Shown in pieces: positions 22,768 to 35,317 of a stretch of DNA of 64,000 bases. Origin of the DNA: Squalus acanthias. Its lineage: Eukaryota. Under the pieces are notes generated by a model that did not search any database, was not told the origin of the DNA, and saw only the letters and a program-made list of their open reading frames with translations. A program made the position numbers and the translations under genes. The stretch spans positions 5,394,001-5,458,000 of the forward strand of contig CM059433.1 of assembly GCA_030390025.1 (NCBI GenBank). The letters are read 5' to 3'. Every line of letters begins with the position of its first letter. Position 1 is the stretch's first letter.

Positions 22768-25700
22768 TTTTTTAAAATTCGTTCCTGGGATGTGGGCATC
22801 GTTGACAAGGCCAGCATTTATTGCCCATCCCTAATTGCCCTTGAGAAGGTGGTGGTGAGCCGCCTTCTTGAACCGCTGCAGTCCGTGTGGTGAAGGTGCT
22901 CCCACAGTGCTGTTAGGGAGGGAGTTCCAGGATTTTGACCCAGCGGCGATGAAGGATCGGCGATATACTTCTAAGTCAGGATGGTGTGTGACTTGGAGGG
23001 GAACTTGGAGGTGGTGGTGTTCCCATTGCGCCTGCTGCCCTTGTCCTTCTAGGTGGTAGAGGTCACGGGTTTGGGAGGTGGTGAAAAAGAAGCCTTGGTG
23101 AGTTGCTGCAATGCATCTTGTAGATGGTACACACTGCAGCCATGGTGGAGGGAGTGAATGTTGAAGGTGGTGGATGGGGTGCCAATCAAGCGGGTTGCTT
23201 TGTCCTGGATGGTGTCGAGCTTCTTGAGTGTTGTTGGAACTGCACTCATCCAGCCAAGTGGAGAGTATTCCATCACACTCCTGACTTGTGCCTTTTAGAT
23301 GGTGGAAAGGCTTTGGGGAGTCAGGAAATGAGACACTCGCTGCAGAATACCCAGCCTCCGACCTGCTCTTGTAGCCACAGTATTTATGTGGCTGGTCCAG
23401 TTAAGTTTCCTGTCAATGGTGACCCCCCAGGATGTTGATGGTGGGGGATTTGGTGATGGTAATGCAGTTGAATGTCAAGGGGAGGTGGTTAGACTCTCGC
23501 TTGTTGGAGATAGTCATTGCCTGGCACTTCTGTGGCGCGAATGTTACTTGCCAAGTTAAAGCCTGAATGTCATCCAGGTCTTGCTTCATGTGGGCATGGA
23601 CTGCTTCATTATCTGAAGAGTTGTGAATGGAACTGAACACTTTGCAATCATCAGCGAACATCCCCACTTCTGGCCTTATGATGGAGGAAAGGTCATTGAT
23701 GAAATAGCTGAAGATGATTGGGCCTAGGGCACTGCTCTGAGGAACACCTGCAGTGAAGTCCTGGGACTGAGATGATTGGCCTCCAACAACCACAACCATC
23801 TTCCTTTGTGCTAGCTATGACTCCAACCAGTGGAGTGTTTTCCCCCTGATTCCCATTGACTTCAATTTTGCTTGGGCTCATTGATGCCACATTCAGTCAA
23901 ATGCTGTCTTAAAGTCAAGGGCAGTCACTCTCACCTCACCTCTGGAATTCAGCTCTTTTGTCCATGTTTGGACCAAGGCTGTAAAGAGGTCTGGAGCTGT
24001 GTGGCCCTGGTGGAACTCAAACTGGGCATCGGCGAGCAGGTTACTGGTGAGTAAGTGCAACTTGATATCACTGTCAACAAAACCTTCCATCACTTTTCTG
24101 ATGATTGAGAGTAGACTGATGGGGCGGTAATTGGCTGGATTAGATTTGTCCTGCTCTTTGTGGACAGGACATAACTGGGCAATTTTCCACATTGTTGGGT
24201 AGATGCCAGTGTTGTAGCTGTACTGGAACAGCTTGGCTAGAAGTGAAGCTAGTTCTTGAGCACAAGTCTTCAGCACGACAGCTGGGATGTTGTCAGGGCC
24301 CACAGCCATTGCTGCATCCAGTGTGCTCAGCCGTTTCTTGATATCACGTGGAGTGAATCGAATTGGCTGAAGACTGGCTTCTGTGATGGTGGAGAGCTCA
24401 GGAGGAGACCAATGTGATTCATCCACTCGGCACTTCTGGCTGAAGATGATTGCAAACATTTCAGCCTCATCATTTGCACTCATGTGCTGGACTCCGCCAT
24501 CATTGAGGATGGGGATATTCATGGAGTCTCCTCCTCCCGTTAATTGTTTAATTCTCCACCACCATTCATGATTGGATGTGGCAGGACTACAGAGCTTTGA
24601 TGTGATCCATTGGTTGTGGGATCGCTTAGCTCTGTCTATAGCACGCTGCTTCCACTGTTTAGCATGCATGTAGTCCTGTGTTGCAGCTTCCCCAGGTTGG
24701 CACCGCATTTTTAGGTATGCCTGGTGCTGCTCCTGGCATGCGCTTCTGCACTCCTCAATGAACCAGGGTTGGTCCCCTGGCTTGATGGTAATGGTAGAGT
24801 GAGGGATATGCCGGTTACAGATTATGGTGAAATACAATTCTGCTGCTGCTGATGGCCCACAGCACCTCATGGGTGCCCAGTTTTGAGCTGCTAGATCTGT
24901 TCTTTTTTTAATTATTCGTTTATGGGATCTGGGCATCGCTGGCAATGCCAGCATTTATTGCCCATCCCTAGTTGCCCTTGAGAAGGTGGTGGTGAGCCGC
25001 CTTTGCTGCAGTCCGTGTGGTGAAGGTACTCCCACAGTGCTGTTAGGGAGGGTGTTCCAGGATTTTAATCCAGCGACGGTGAAGGATCGGCGATATACTT
25101 CTAAGTCAGGATGGTGTGTGATTTGGAGGGGAACTTGGAGGTGGTGGTGTCCCCATGCGCCTGCTGCCCTTGTCCTTCTAGGTGGAAGAGGTCTCAGGTT
25201 TGGGAGGTGCTGCCGAAGATGCCTTGGCGAGTTGCTGCAGTGCATCTTGTAGATGGTACACACTGCAGCCACAGTACGCCGGTGGTGGAGGGAGTTAATG
25301 TTTAAGGCGGTGGATGGGGCGCCAATCAAGCTGGCTGCTTTGTCCTGGATGGTGTCGAGCTTCTTGAGTGTTGTTGGAGCTGCACTCATCCAGGCAAGTG
25401 GAGAGTATTCCATCACACTCCTTACTTGTGCCTTGTAGATGGTGGAGAGGCTTTGGGGAGTCAGGAGATGAGACACTCGCCGCAGAATACCTAGCCTCTG
25501 ACCTGCTCTTGTTGCCACAGTATTTATGTGGCTGGTCCAGTTAAGTTTCTGGTCAATGGTGACCACCAGAATGTTGATGGTGGGGGATTTGCCGATGGTA
25601 ATGGATTCGCCGATGGTAATGCCGTTGAATGTCAAGGGGAGGTGGTTAGATTCTCGCTTATTGGAGATAGTCATTGCCTGGCACTTCTGTGGCGTGAATG

Positions 25701-26823
25701 TTACCTGCCACTTATCAGTCCAGGTCTTGTTGTTCTGAATGTATCCCATTTAGCACGGTGGTAGTGCCACACAACACAATGGATGGTGTCCTCAGTGTGA
25801 AGATGGGACTTCGTCTCCACAAGGTCTGTGCGGTGGTCACTGCTACCAATACTGTCATGGATAGATGCATCTGCGACAGGTAGATTGGTGAGGATGAGAT
25901 CAAGTAGGCTTTTCCCCTTGTGTTGGTTCTCTCACCACCTGCCGCAGGCCCAGTCTGGCAGCTATGTCCTTCAGGACTTGGCCAGCTCAATCAGTAGAGG
26001 TGCTACTGAACCACTCTTGGTGATGGACATTGAAGTTCCCCACCCAGAGTACATTCTGTGCCCTTGCTACCTTCAGTGCTTATTCCAAGTGGTGTTCAAC
26101 ATGGAGGAGTACTGATTCATCAGCTGAGGGAGGGCTGTAAGGTGGTAATCAGCAGGAGGTTTCCTTGCCCATGCTTGACCTGAAGCCATGAGACTTCATG
26201 GGGTCTGGAGTCAATGTTGAGGACTCCCAGGGCCACACCCTCCCAACTGTATACCACTGTGCTGCCACCCCTGGTGGGTCAGGACATACCCAGGAATGGT
26301 GATGGAGGAGTCTGGGACATGGGCTGAAAGATATTGATTCTGTGAGTATGACTATGTCAGGCTGTTGCTTGACAGCTCTCCCAATTTTGGCACAAGTCCC
26401 CAGATGTTAGCGAGGAGGACTTTGCAGGGTTGACTGGGCTATTGTCGTGGCTGAAGCCGGTGCCAAGGTCGATCCATCCGGTTTTATTTTCTTAGTGGTT
26501 TGTTACAACTGAGTGGCTTGCTAGGCCACTTCAGAGGGCAGTTAAGAATCAACCCCATTGGCCATGAGTCTGGAGTCACATATAGGCCAGACCAGATAAG
26601 GACGGCAGATTTCCTTCCCTAAAGGACATTAATGAACCAAATGGGTTTTTACAACAATCTGATAGTTTCATGGTCACCATTACTAATGCTTGCTTTTTAT
26701 TCTGGATTTAATTAATTTAATTTAAATTCCCCAGGTGCCGTGATGGGATTTGAACTCGAGTCTCTGGATCGTTAGTCCAGGCCTCTGAATTACTAGCCCA
26801 CTAACATAACCACTATGCTACCG
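22768..26823 (-). mobile_element. Near full-length decayed LINE (APE endonuclease + RT, no ORF1) with tRNA-like 5' head
   Basis: Endonuclease motifs KVLLANIWGL, PDIVILTES, FNVHH from ~26430. RT motifs in ORFs 23893..24954 (NYRPISLLS, ALDFKTAFD) and 23413..23799 (GVPQ, MFADD). tRNA-like head at ~26740-26823. Confidence 0.88.
24904..25730 (-). mobile_element. Nested 3' fragment of the same LINE family
   Basis: ORF 24955..25749; 6-bp TSD TGTTCT at 24898-24903 and 25731-25736. Confidence 0.88.
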
Positions 26824-27051
26824 TTATATATTGTACTGTAGGGTTCAGACACTGCACTGAAACAGCACCACCGAAGTGAAACAACAGCACTTTCAAATTA
26901 TGGTCACTATGACAAGCACATGGCATTTTCAATGTTAGTATTGAGACCAATAAGGTTGGAAATATAGTAGTGTAAATGGGGCATTAAACCTGTTGATCCT
27001 GGAGGGGGGGGGGGCTGCAATCATAGAGGGTGGGGTCCCAAGGCAGCAGCA

Positions 27052-27605
27052 TAGAGTCATAGAGTCATAACAGCACAGAAGGAGGCCATTCGGCCCATCG
27101 AGTCCGTGCCGGCTCTCTGTGGAGCAATCCAGTCAGTCCCATTCCCCCGCTCTATCCCCGTAGCCCTGCAAGTTTATTTCCCTCAAGTGCCTATCCAGTC
27201 TCCCCTTGAAAACATTGAGTGTCTCCGCTTCCACCACTTCCGTCGGCAGCGAATTCCAGGTCCTCACCACTCTCTGCGTAAAAAGTTTTTCCTCACATCC
27301 CCCCCTTGTATCTCTTGCCCAAAACCTTAAATCTGTGTCCCCTAGTCCTTGTACCATCAACTAGTGGGAACAGCCTTTCCCCGTCCAGCCTATCCAAACC
27401 CGTCATAATCTTGTACACCTCTATCAAATCACCCCTCAACCACCTTTGCTCTAATGAAAACAAATCCAGCTTCTCCAACCTGTCCTTGTAGCTAAGATCC
27501 CCCATCCCCAGAACCATTCTGGTAAATCTCCTCTGCACCCTCTCAAGGGCCTTCACATCCTTCCTAAAGTGTGGTGACCAGAACTGGACGCAATACTCCA
27601 GCAGC
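27052..27605 (-). mobile_element. CR1 LINE 3' fragment
   Basis: ALERVQRRFTRMVLG..LRGDLIEVYKIM peptide; (ATAGAGTC)n tail. Confidence 0.9.
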
Positions 27606-27961
27606 CCAGATTATTTTTGTGGTGCCCAGAATAGCATTCCTGGGCATTACCATGGCTGGGCCTCTTTATCCCCATCATCTGTGGAGATGGTCGGAGTGTG
27701 CATGGGCCTCGCTCCGACCTGAAATGCCAATCGGGGTCCTAGAATCCTGGTAAAAGGGGCCTACTGCATGAGACAGGCTGGCGCCCCTGGCACCCAGCAG
27801 TCGGCCCCTTTGAAAATGCCGCCAGCCACTTTGTTGGTGTTAACAGGCCGGTGAGGCCACCAACCCTATTTTGAGGCCGTTATCGCCCTATTAACGCCAG
27901 GCAACAGAAATGAAAATTGAGCCCCTTGAATTCTAAATTGGGGAATTCGCTGACTTTTGAA

Positions 27962-28280
27962 CTTTTTTATTTGTCCTTGTAATGTGGGTGTCGTTGGCAA
28001 TGTAATATATATATATTGCCTATATCTGGTTGCCTTGAGGGCATTAAGAGTCAACCACATAGTGTGGGACTGGAATCACACATCGGCCAAGCCGGGTATG
28101 GGTGCCAGGTTCTCTTCCCTAAACTTGGGTTTTTAACAACAGACTGACAGATTTAAAGATCATTTTCTGGTACTATCCCAGAAATCACCAGATTCATTGA
28201 ATTCAATTCCATAGCTCACTATTGAGGGATGTGAACTCCAGGTTGCTAGTCCAGGACAATAATGACTGGATTATCATACT
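27962..28280 (-). mobile_element. Degraded SINE-like derivative sharing 5' region and 3' tail with the 22768-26823 LINE
   Basis: TTAAGAGTCAACC..TGGAATCACA..GGCCA..TTCCCTAAA matches 26541-26622. TGTGGGTGTCGTTGGCAA..TTGCCTTGAG matches the LINE tail. Confidence 0.6.
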
Positions 28281-28299
28281 CTGTTGGAACTCAACCCTA

Positions 28300-29027
28300 G
28301 GGGGAAAATTCGGTTGCTTTGCGCCTCCTGTTAGCGAGGGCCGCTAACGGGGCACAAATCCCCAAGCTCCCGGGCGGGGCGCCGCTAACGCCTTCCGTGA
28401 AATTCAGCGGGAGGTTAGCAGCGGCGGTAGCTGGTTGCGCCCAGTGGCACTGCGCCTCCGGCGATGACGTCATCACCGCGCGTAGCGCCCCGGCCGCAAA
28501 CTTGGGTCGCGCCCCCTGACCTACACCAGACGCTATGTCCGACAGGGTCAGGGGGGAGTTTTTGCGGCTGGGGTGGCGATAATTACAGGGCAGGTGCCGG
28601 GCGGCCTTTCTTTTGGGCGGCCTGCCAGCACCTGCCCCCCTCTCGCCTCCTCCCGCGGGGTGCCGGCCGTGATCAGTCAGCCCGGCACTCCTCTTGAGTG
28701 CCGGGCTCTTTTCCCGACACCTCGCTCCCCGGTGAGCCAGCAGGGCCTCGGTGCACGCTGCGCTAGGCCCCTCCCCTTTATTCAGGGGAGGGAGGCCTGC
28801 AATGACACGGCGCTATGTGCCGACGCGCGTGGAGCTGCTGCACGTAGCGCCGCGATATTCAATGGGGGCGCCCCAAGAGGGAGGGGGAGCGCTTCTAGTA
28901 GCGCCCCGCCTCCTGCTTGGGGCGCTACCATAGAATTTCGGACGCGGGGGCGCTAACTTTTTCAGGGCGCTAAAAGTAGCACCCCGACGAAGTTATCGCC
29001 CCAAAGTGGGCGCGAGTCAATTTTCCC
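28300..29027. mobile_element. GC-rich MITE (Harbinger-type)
   Basis: GGGGGAAAATT.../...AATTTTCCC termini; homologous to 54070-54760 and 59944-60835. Confidence 0.8.
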
Positions 29028-29854
29028 GTTTCTTGAACACAGGGTTCATCCCGCAGCAACTTTAGGCGAATTTGATGCTAATACAACAGTAGAATAATAA
29101 CAATTGGTCAAGGGTCATATTACTAGCTCTTGTCAGAGTGTGGATTGTACAAGATTAGTTCCAGCACAAACAAGGTGTTAAGCTTTGCAATCATTCTTTA
29201 GAGTTCTAAAACTCAAGAAAATAACTGCTGCCTGTAGCTATTGGCTCAAATTAGGCGTGTTCCCGATTAATGGTTTCAGCAGAGAGAGGAAAGGAAAGGT
29301 TGCTGTCAAATGGATCATGTTTCAGTATATCTGCAGGTGGTTTGATTCCTTTGTGTGGATTCCTATTGTGTACTTGTACAGGTGGTGAAGAATACATTTG
29401 GAAAGGTAAATTTGCTCTTTAAAAGGAACTGACTATACCATACATTTGCAACTAGTAATATCAAAACAGAATTTATTTTTAAATCAGGCTATATCATTAA
29501 AAGTAGTTTTCTGCTGATGATTATATAAAAGATGTTTCTGTGCGTCACTGCTCATCTTGCAGTGCTATGTGGGAAAAATATCTAATAATTTAAAAACATT
29601 TACAACTTCTAGTTGTACAAAATGCCAGTGAACAAAATGTGCTTCAGGCAGGTCCTTTCCCATTTGTATATGTTCACTGTCAACCTGGGAAGCAGTTATT
29701 GCAGGCACTGTATCCTGTTCCATCTAATTTGGAGGTGGCACATGGGATTGCTTTCTCAAATCATTAACGGCGGTAATTCTGTACCAAAATTTCTGAGAGG
29801 AACCAATTTCACCAATTAGATTTGATATTGTAGTGTTCTCCATTGTTCCAGACA

Positions 29855-30660
29855 ACAGCAACTTCCATTTATATAGTGCCTTTAATGTAGTAAAACGGCC
29901 CAAGGCGCTTCACAGAGGGGAAATCAGAGTGCCCAGCCTAAGAAGGAGATATTAGGAGGGGTGACCAAAAGCTTGGGTTTCATTGAGAGTCTTAAAGGAG
30001 AAGTAGGTGGAGAGGTCTAGGATGAGATGCCAAAGCGTGGGGCCTAAACAGCTGAAGACTCGGTCACCAATTGGCGGAGTGGGGGTGGTGGAGAAGTGGG
30101 GAAGCACAAGAGGCTAGAGTCAGAGCGAACGGAGACCTCTGGGAGGATTGAAAGGCTAGAGGAGGTTACAAAGATAGGGAGGGGGGTGACCATGATGGGA
30201 TTTAAACATGAAGGTAAGAATTTAAAATTGGAGGTCTTGGGGACTGAAAGCTAATGTGGGTCAGTGAGAACAGGGAGAATTGGTGAGCGGGACTTAGTAT
30301 CGGATAGGATACGGACAGCAGAGTTTTGGGTGAAGTGAAGTTTATAGAGGGTGGAGGATGCGAGACCATCCACAAGAGTATTGGAATAGTCGAATCTAAA
30401 GAAAGAAAGACTTGCATTTATATAACGCCTTTTACGACCACCGGACGTCCCAAAGTGCTTTACAGTCAATGAGGTACTTTTTGAAGTGCAGTCACTGTTG
30501 TAATGTGTAAAGGCAACAAAGGCACAGGGGAGGGTTTCAGCAGCAGATGGGCTGAGGCAGGAGCAAAGATGATGGCTTTGGTCTCCCCGGTGTTTGATTG
30601 AAAGAAATTGAGGCTCACCCAAGACTGGATGTCGGACAAGCAGTCTGACATCACAGAGGC
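29855..30660 (-). mobile_element. L2-like LINE 3' fragment with nested Deu-SINE tail
   Basis: CLSDIQSW, CLSPSAAETL and DYSNTL..GL peptides; L2 tail CACTATATAAATGGAAGTTG. Confidence 0.75.
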
Positions 30661-31028
30661 AGTAAATTCCTAGGGTTGATTTTGGCGGTTGTTCTCTGAT
30701 TAGTTATTAGAGGAATATAACTCGATTGGTCTTCATGGACTCTTAGACAGGCCTCCCTTCTGACGGTGTGATTGTCCAGCTCTGTTGTCCAGCTCAGTGG
30801 GTCTGCCTTTGCTAAGTTCCACTTTTACTTATCCAATCATAGCCAGAGTATCTCCAGCAAGGGCTTCTCTTCATGTCGTCTGAAGGCATGGGATCAGCTT
30901 CCCCGTGTACGCTGACGGCACACAGCTCTACCTCTCCATTACCTCTATCACTATTTCCAGGGGCAGTAACAAAAATCTAATTTGATTAATTGGTATTAAA
31001 TTGAGAATGCGCATGATTGCATATTCAT

Positions 31029-31350
31029 GGGCAACACGGTGGCATAGTGGTTAGCACTGTTGCCTCACAGCGCCAGGGACCCGGGTTCGAATCCGGCCTC
31101 GGGTGACTGTCTGTGTGGAGTTTGCATATTCTCCTTGTGTTTGCGTGGGTTTCCTCCGGGTGCTCCGGTTTCCTCCCACAGTCCAAAGATGTGCGGGTTA
31201 GGTTGATTTGGCTATGATAAATTGACCCTTAGTGTTAGGGGGATTAGGGGGATTAAATACGTGGGGTTACGGGGATAGGGTGGGATATGAGTCGGTGCAG
31301 GCTCGATGGGCCGAAATGGCCTCTACCTGCATTGTGTGAATCTGTGATAT
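31029..31350 (+). mobile_element. tRNA-derived V-domain SINE (HE1-like)
   Basis: A box TGGCATAGTGG, B box GGTTCGAATCC, V-domain GGGTTTCCTCCGGGTGCTCCGGTTTCCTCCCACA and a CR1-like tail. Confidence 0.9.
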
Positions 31351-31641
31351 GTGACATCTCCTAAAAGACTCAAAAATTAAGTTTACTTGTCCACATAATC
31401 GTCTAATTACTCGATCCCATATTCCTAAACTTCAAACTTGTTTGCACTATATAATAAAGACAAGACAATGCTAAATGTTCTACAAAATAGGGAAACTACG
31501 GTGCGAAAAGCTGGGATCAAAGTGAGCTGAAATATAATTCTTGCCTCAACCAGGCCTTATAGCATTACCTCATGCAATCAGCAGCTTTTTCAACAGACTG
31601 AAGTATGCTTGCTGTGCACGCTCCAATTATTTACACGTCTG

Positions 31642-33340
31642 TGTAGAATTCGCAATATATCGCGATTTTATTAATAAGGAGAAAAACACATAGTTTCGTT
31701 CAAACAGCTTTTATTTCAGCGGAATACTGTCAGGTTTTCAAAGTGGACACAAGCAGCTTGTAAAATGGCCGCCGCACCTCGTGGCAGAACATTCTAGACT
31801 TTTCAACAGGCAGACAAGATGGCGTTCCAGTAAACATTTGTGCAAGATCGATTAAGACTCAGCACATTGAAGATAATACACGAGACATCATGGGTTTACA
31901 GTATACACATAAATACTGAAATCGGTCTCCCAGGTGCGAATGAGGGCTGCTGTACCAAGTAATCAAGAACCCATCCAAAGACATTAATATGTAGAATCCC
32001 AACGACTCTACGATGAGAGAGCCGTTAGCGGGTAGTTACAGAAAACACTTGGAAGCCCCAAAACCCCTCCAGGGAGAACACCGACCGATTAAACAATGGG
32101 AGAAATATTAACAGGTACTCAGACGTTTACGAGTAGCCCCGAAACCCATTAAAACGGAGATCACCCTATACAAGACATTTGAGCGCCAAACCCTAACAAA
32201 AGGAAAGACATTAAGGTTGGGCGGGAAACGGAAGATTTTGCACTATAATTACAAGCTCCAACCGTCCATCTTTCTCTTAGCCTGCTGGCGTTATCCTCGT
32301 GGCTGCCCTTGACTCGCCGTCTTGTTCCTGCTTGCCTCGTGTCTCTTTTAAAGACTGTTGAACTTTACGATCCGCTCGGATCTACCTCGTGGCGTGCCGC
32401 GAAGATCTGTGTGGAACTGGGCTCTGAAGCCTTGAAGCGGGCGCACCATTCCGATAAGTCGGTAAACGGTGTCGGAACCGAAGGCCCGAGATGAGATGAG
32501 ATGAGATGAGATGAGATGAGATGAGATGAGAAGAGAAGAAGACCATACTTATCGCCACGGTCAGTAAGCCCCGACCGCGCCTGTAGGTCGAATAGACATT
32601 TTCCTTGCCAGGAAGACTTCTTTGAGTTCTACAGAACTGACACAGGAAGACTCTTCTTTGAATTTTATCGCATCAGTGCGAGGGCACAGGAAGACTCTTT
32701 TTTGAGTAGAGTCGGAACTCCGAGGACAACACAGATCTTCATGACAGCAGACGTTCCAGCCTGCTAGCCGGAGCAGAACGAGTAAACAAGTGGGGCCAGG
32801 AGACCCCCTGATCGACACGTGGGTGCTGCGGTGAAAAACATCCGATCAGAGTTTCGGAATTCTCCGAGTTATCACGAGTGGTGAGCATGAGTCTCGAATC
32901 CTACGAATCTAGCTAGGACAGATATTGATAGGGGAGGGTTTCAAGTATTAAGGATAATTGTAATGTGCGCCCCCATTTACGATGTGTCGTTCGTTCCTCG
33001 TTTCCCTGAAATTAATTACATAACTGCGTGCAAGATTGTACTGTCATTAATCTGTGCTTATGACATGTATTTCGTAATCTTAAGTATTATGCAATAAAGA
33101 TTTTCCATTTCGTGCCATTCAACCGAGTCTACCTGAGTTTCATCTCCATTACTGCTCTCGCATCTAAGTCCAGTGTCTAGAACCGTAAGGGCGAGTGGGT
33201 CGAACCACTCACAGGTGTGTTTAGTGCTCCCAGACTGGCTGGAGACCAGAACAGGCAACAAGGCCTAAACCCGCACTAGCACCCGGGCTGCACAGAGCCA
33301 CACGAATCTCACAGGCTGAGAGACATCAAAAACCCTTACA
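31642..33340 (+). mobile_element. Solo LTR (1699 bp) of the provirus family
   Basis: TGTA...TACA termini with 5-bp TSD GTCTG (31637-31641, 33341-33345). Collinear with the reverse complement of 4596-6319. Confidence 0.95.
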
Positions 33341-34533
33341 GTCTGATTGAGTTATTTAATTGGTTTGTTTGACACATGCAGCTGGATCAGCGTCCCATTT
33401 TAGTCGACCCAGGCAATCTATTGTTTTTTAATTTTAAAGTTTATCTTCTTAAACTTTATTCTCATTTTTAATGTTACCTGCCTCCCTGAGGTATTGTGGA
33501 CTTGCTGCCCTTGTTCTTGTCATCAGCCCAGACCTCATTACTGTTGCTCCCTCTATCCATTCAGGCCCTATTGCCTTCCTGCTCCTATTCCTGCTGCCCA
33601 CTCACATCCAGGACTCTTGTGAATACAGGGAATCGGATTTTGGCTGAAGGGGGGAAAAAATAGGGAGACAAGGGAAAAGGCAAAAAAAAAAAGCAACCAA
33701 CATATGGATCATTTTTATTAGTTGCGCCATTATTCTTGATAAAAATCGAAATGTATTAAATGTCCCAAAGTCTACAAACCTCTCTCTTCCCAGAGAAAGA
33801 AAAATAAAAGCAAGTTTATATAAAATAATGTGCACCACAGCGCAGTTGAGAATGCCCAACAGGAATCATTAAGAACTACTCCTCAGTGTCGAATACCTCT
33901 TTGGCATTGGGAAAGCCATACAAACCGGAGTCCAGGCATTAGCGGACAGAGTAAACTGGCTGATATCTGTCTTGAAAATTGTTCCTCATAGGAACTAAAG
34001 CCACCGCTAATTGTAGGCTGGATTTCATACTTGCACCTATTTGGAGGTAGTCTAATACAAACGTTATCCAGATATGCCCACTCTGTGCTGGTCACTATAT
34101 TAATAAATACAGTTTATTGGTTTCCACATATGCAACATTGCATGCAACATAAAAATATTCCATTTAACAATGGGACTGCCTTACTGTGAACCAGCAGAGT
34201 AAACAATCCCAGTCCATTCAATTCACCAATGCAGATTCACTTACTGAGCACCGATTAAGAATTGATAGTACACGTTTTTTTATGTTAAAGAAAGATTTCA
34301 AGGCAAATTCGGCAAGGAATCATTCTCAAAAAATGCATGGGCTGGAGAATCAGAGCTTTCATGTTGTAGCCCTGTCTCCAACCTATTGGTCCCTTTAATG
34401 ATTGAATTAAGTGGATGCAATTGGAAACAATCAGTAGTTACCATTTTAAATGCTCAAGAAGGTAAGTACTGATTGAATTAAGTAAATACTTCTGCAGTTG
34501 AGGTCGAAAGTTATGGGGGGTGGGCCAATGATT

Positions 34534-35057
34534 CTTCTTCTTAGGCAGTCCCTCGGAACCGAGGATGACTTGCTTCCACACTAAAAATGAGTTCTCAGGT
34601 GACTGATGAGTCCAATGCGGGGCCTACAGTCTCTGTCACAGGTGGGGCAGACGGTGGTTGAAGGGGCGGGTGGGTGGGGTGCTTGGGTTGACGTGCGCTC
34701 CTTGCGCTGTTTGCGCTTGGCTTCTGCTTGCTCCCGGCGAAGAGACTCCTGGTGTTCGGCGCCTTCCCGGATGCTTCTCCTCCACTTTGTGCGGTCTTGG
34801 GCCAGGGATTCCCAGGTGTCGGTGGGGATGTTGCACTTTTTCAAGGAGGCTTTGAGGGTGTCCTTGAAGCGTTTCCTCTGCCCACCTGGGGCTTTCTTGC
34901 CGTATCGGAGCTCCGAGTAGAGCGCTTGTTTTGGGAGTCTCGTATCGAGCATGCGGATGATGTGGCCCATCCATCGGAGCTGATCGAGCGTGGTCAAAGC
35001 TTTGATGCTGGGGATGTTGGCCTGAGCGAGAACACTGACATTGGTGCGTCTATCCTA
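34534..35057 (-). mobile_element. RTE-clade LINE 3' fragment
   Basis: QLRWMGHIIRM..RLPKQALYSEL..GGQRKRFKDTLK..CPTCDR..LISHLRTH peptide; (GAA)n tail; 9-bp TSD CCAATGATT. Confidence 0.92.
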
Positions 35058-35317
35058 CCAATGATTATACAGGGCTGGGGTGAGTACTCCTTAATAAATT
35101 CCACCTTAACCACTGAATAAGAATGCGAAAAGTAGAGCTCTTGCGATCAGTAACATCCCAACCATTGACCTTTCTTTCAGCGGCTGTCTGACCTGTTGTG
35201 CACTACCAACAATTGTTCTTTCCTATTTTAATTTCCCAACATTCAGTTTTTCTTCTGTCTATCATTTGACAATAATCTAATGCTAAAAGTGTTGTTGCAA
35301 TATTAGAAGTATTTACA

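Noticed and set aside
29381..29404. 24-nt AG/GT-bounded micro-exon candidate
   Set aside because: Weak polypyrimidine tract and no neighbouring exons; expected by chance.
31029..31100. tRNA gene (also ~52530-52600 and ~26740-26823)
   Set aside because: A/B boxes are heads of retroelements, directly followed by SINE/LINE bodies.
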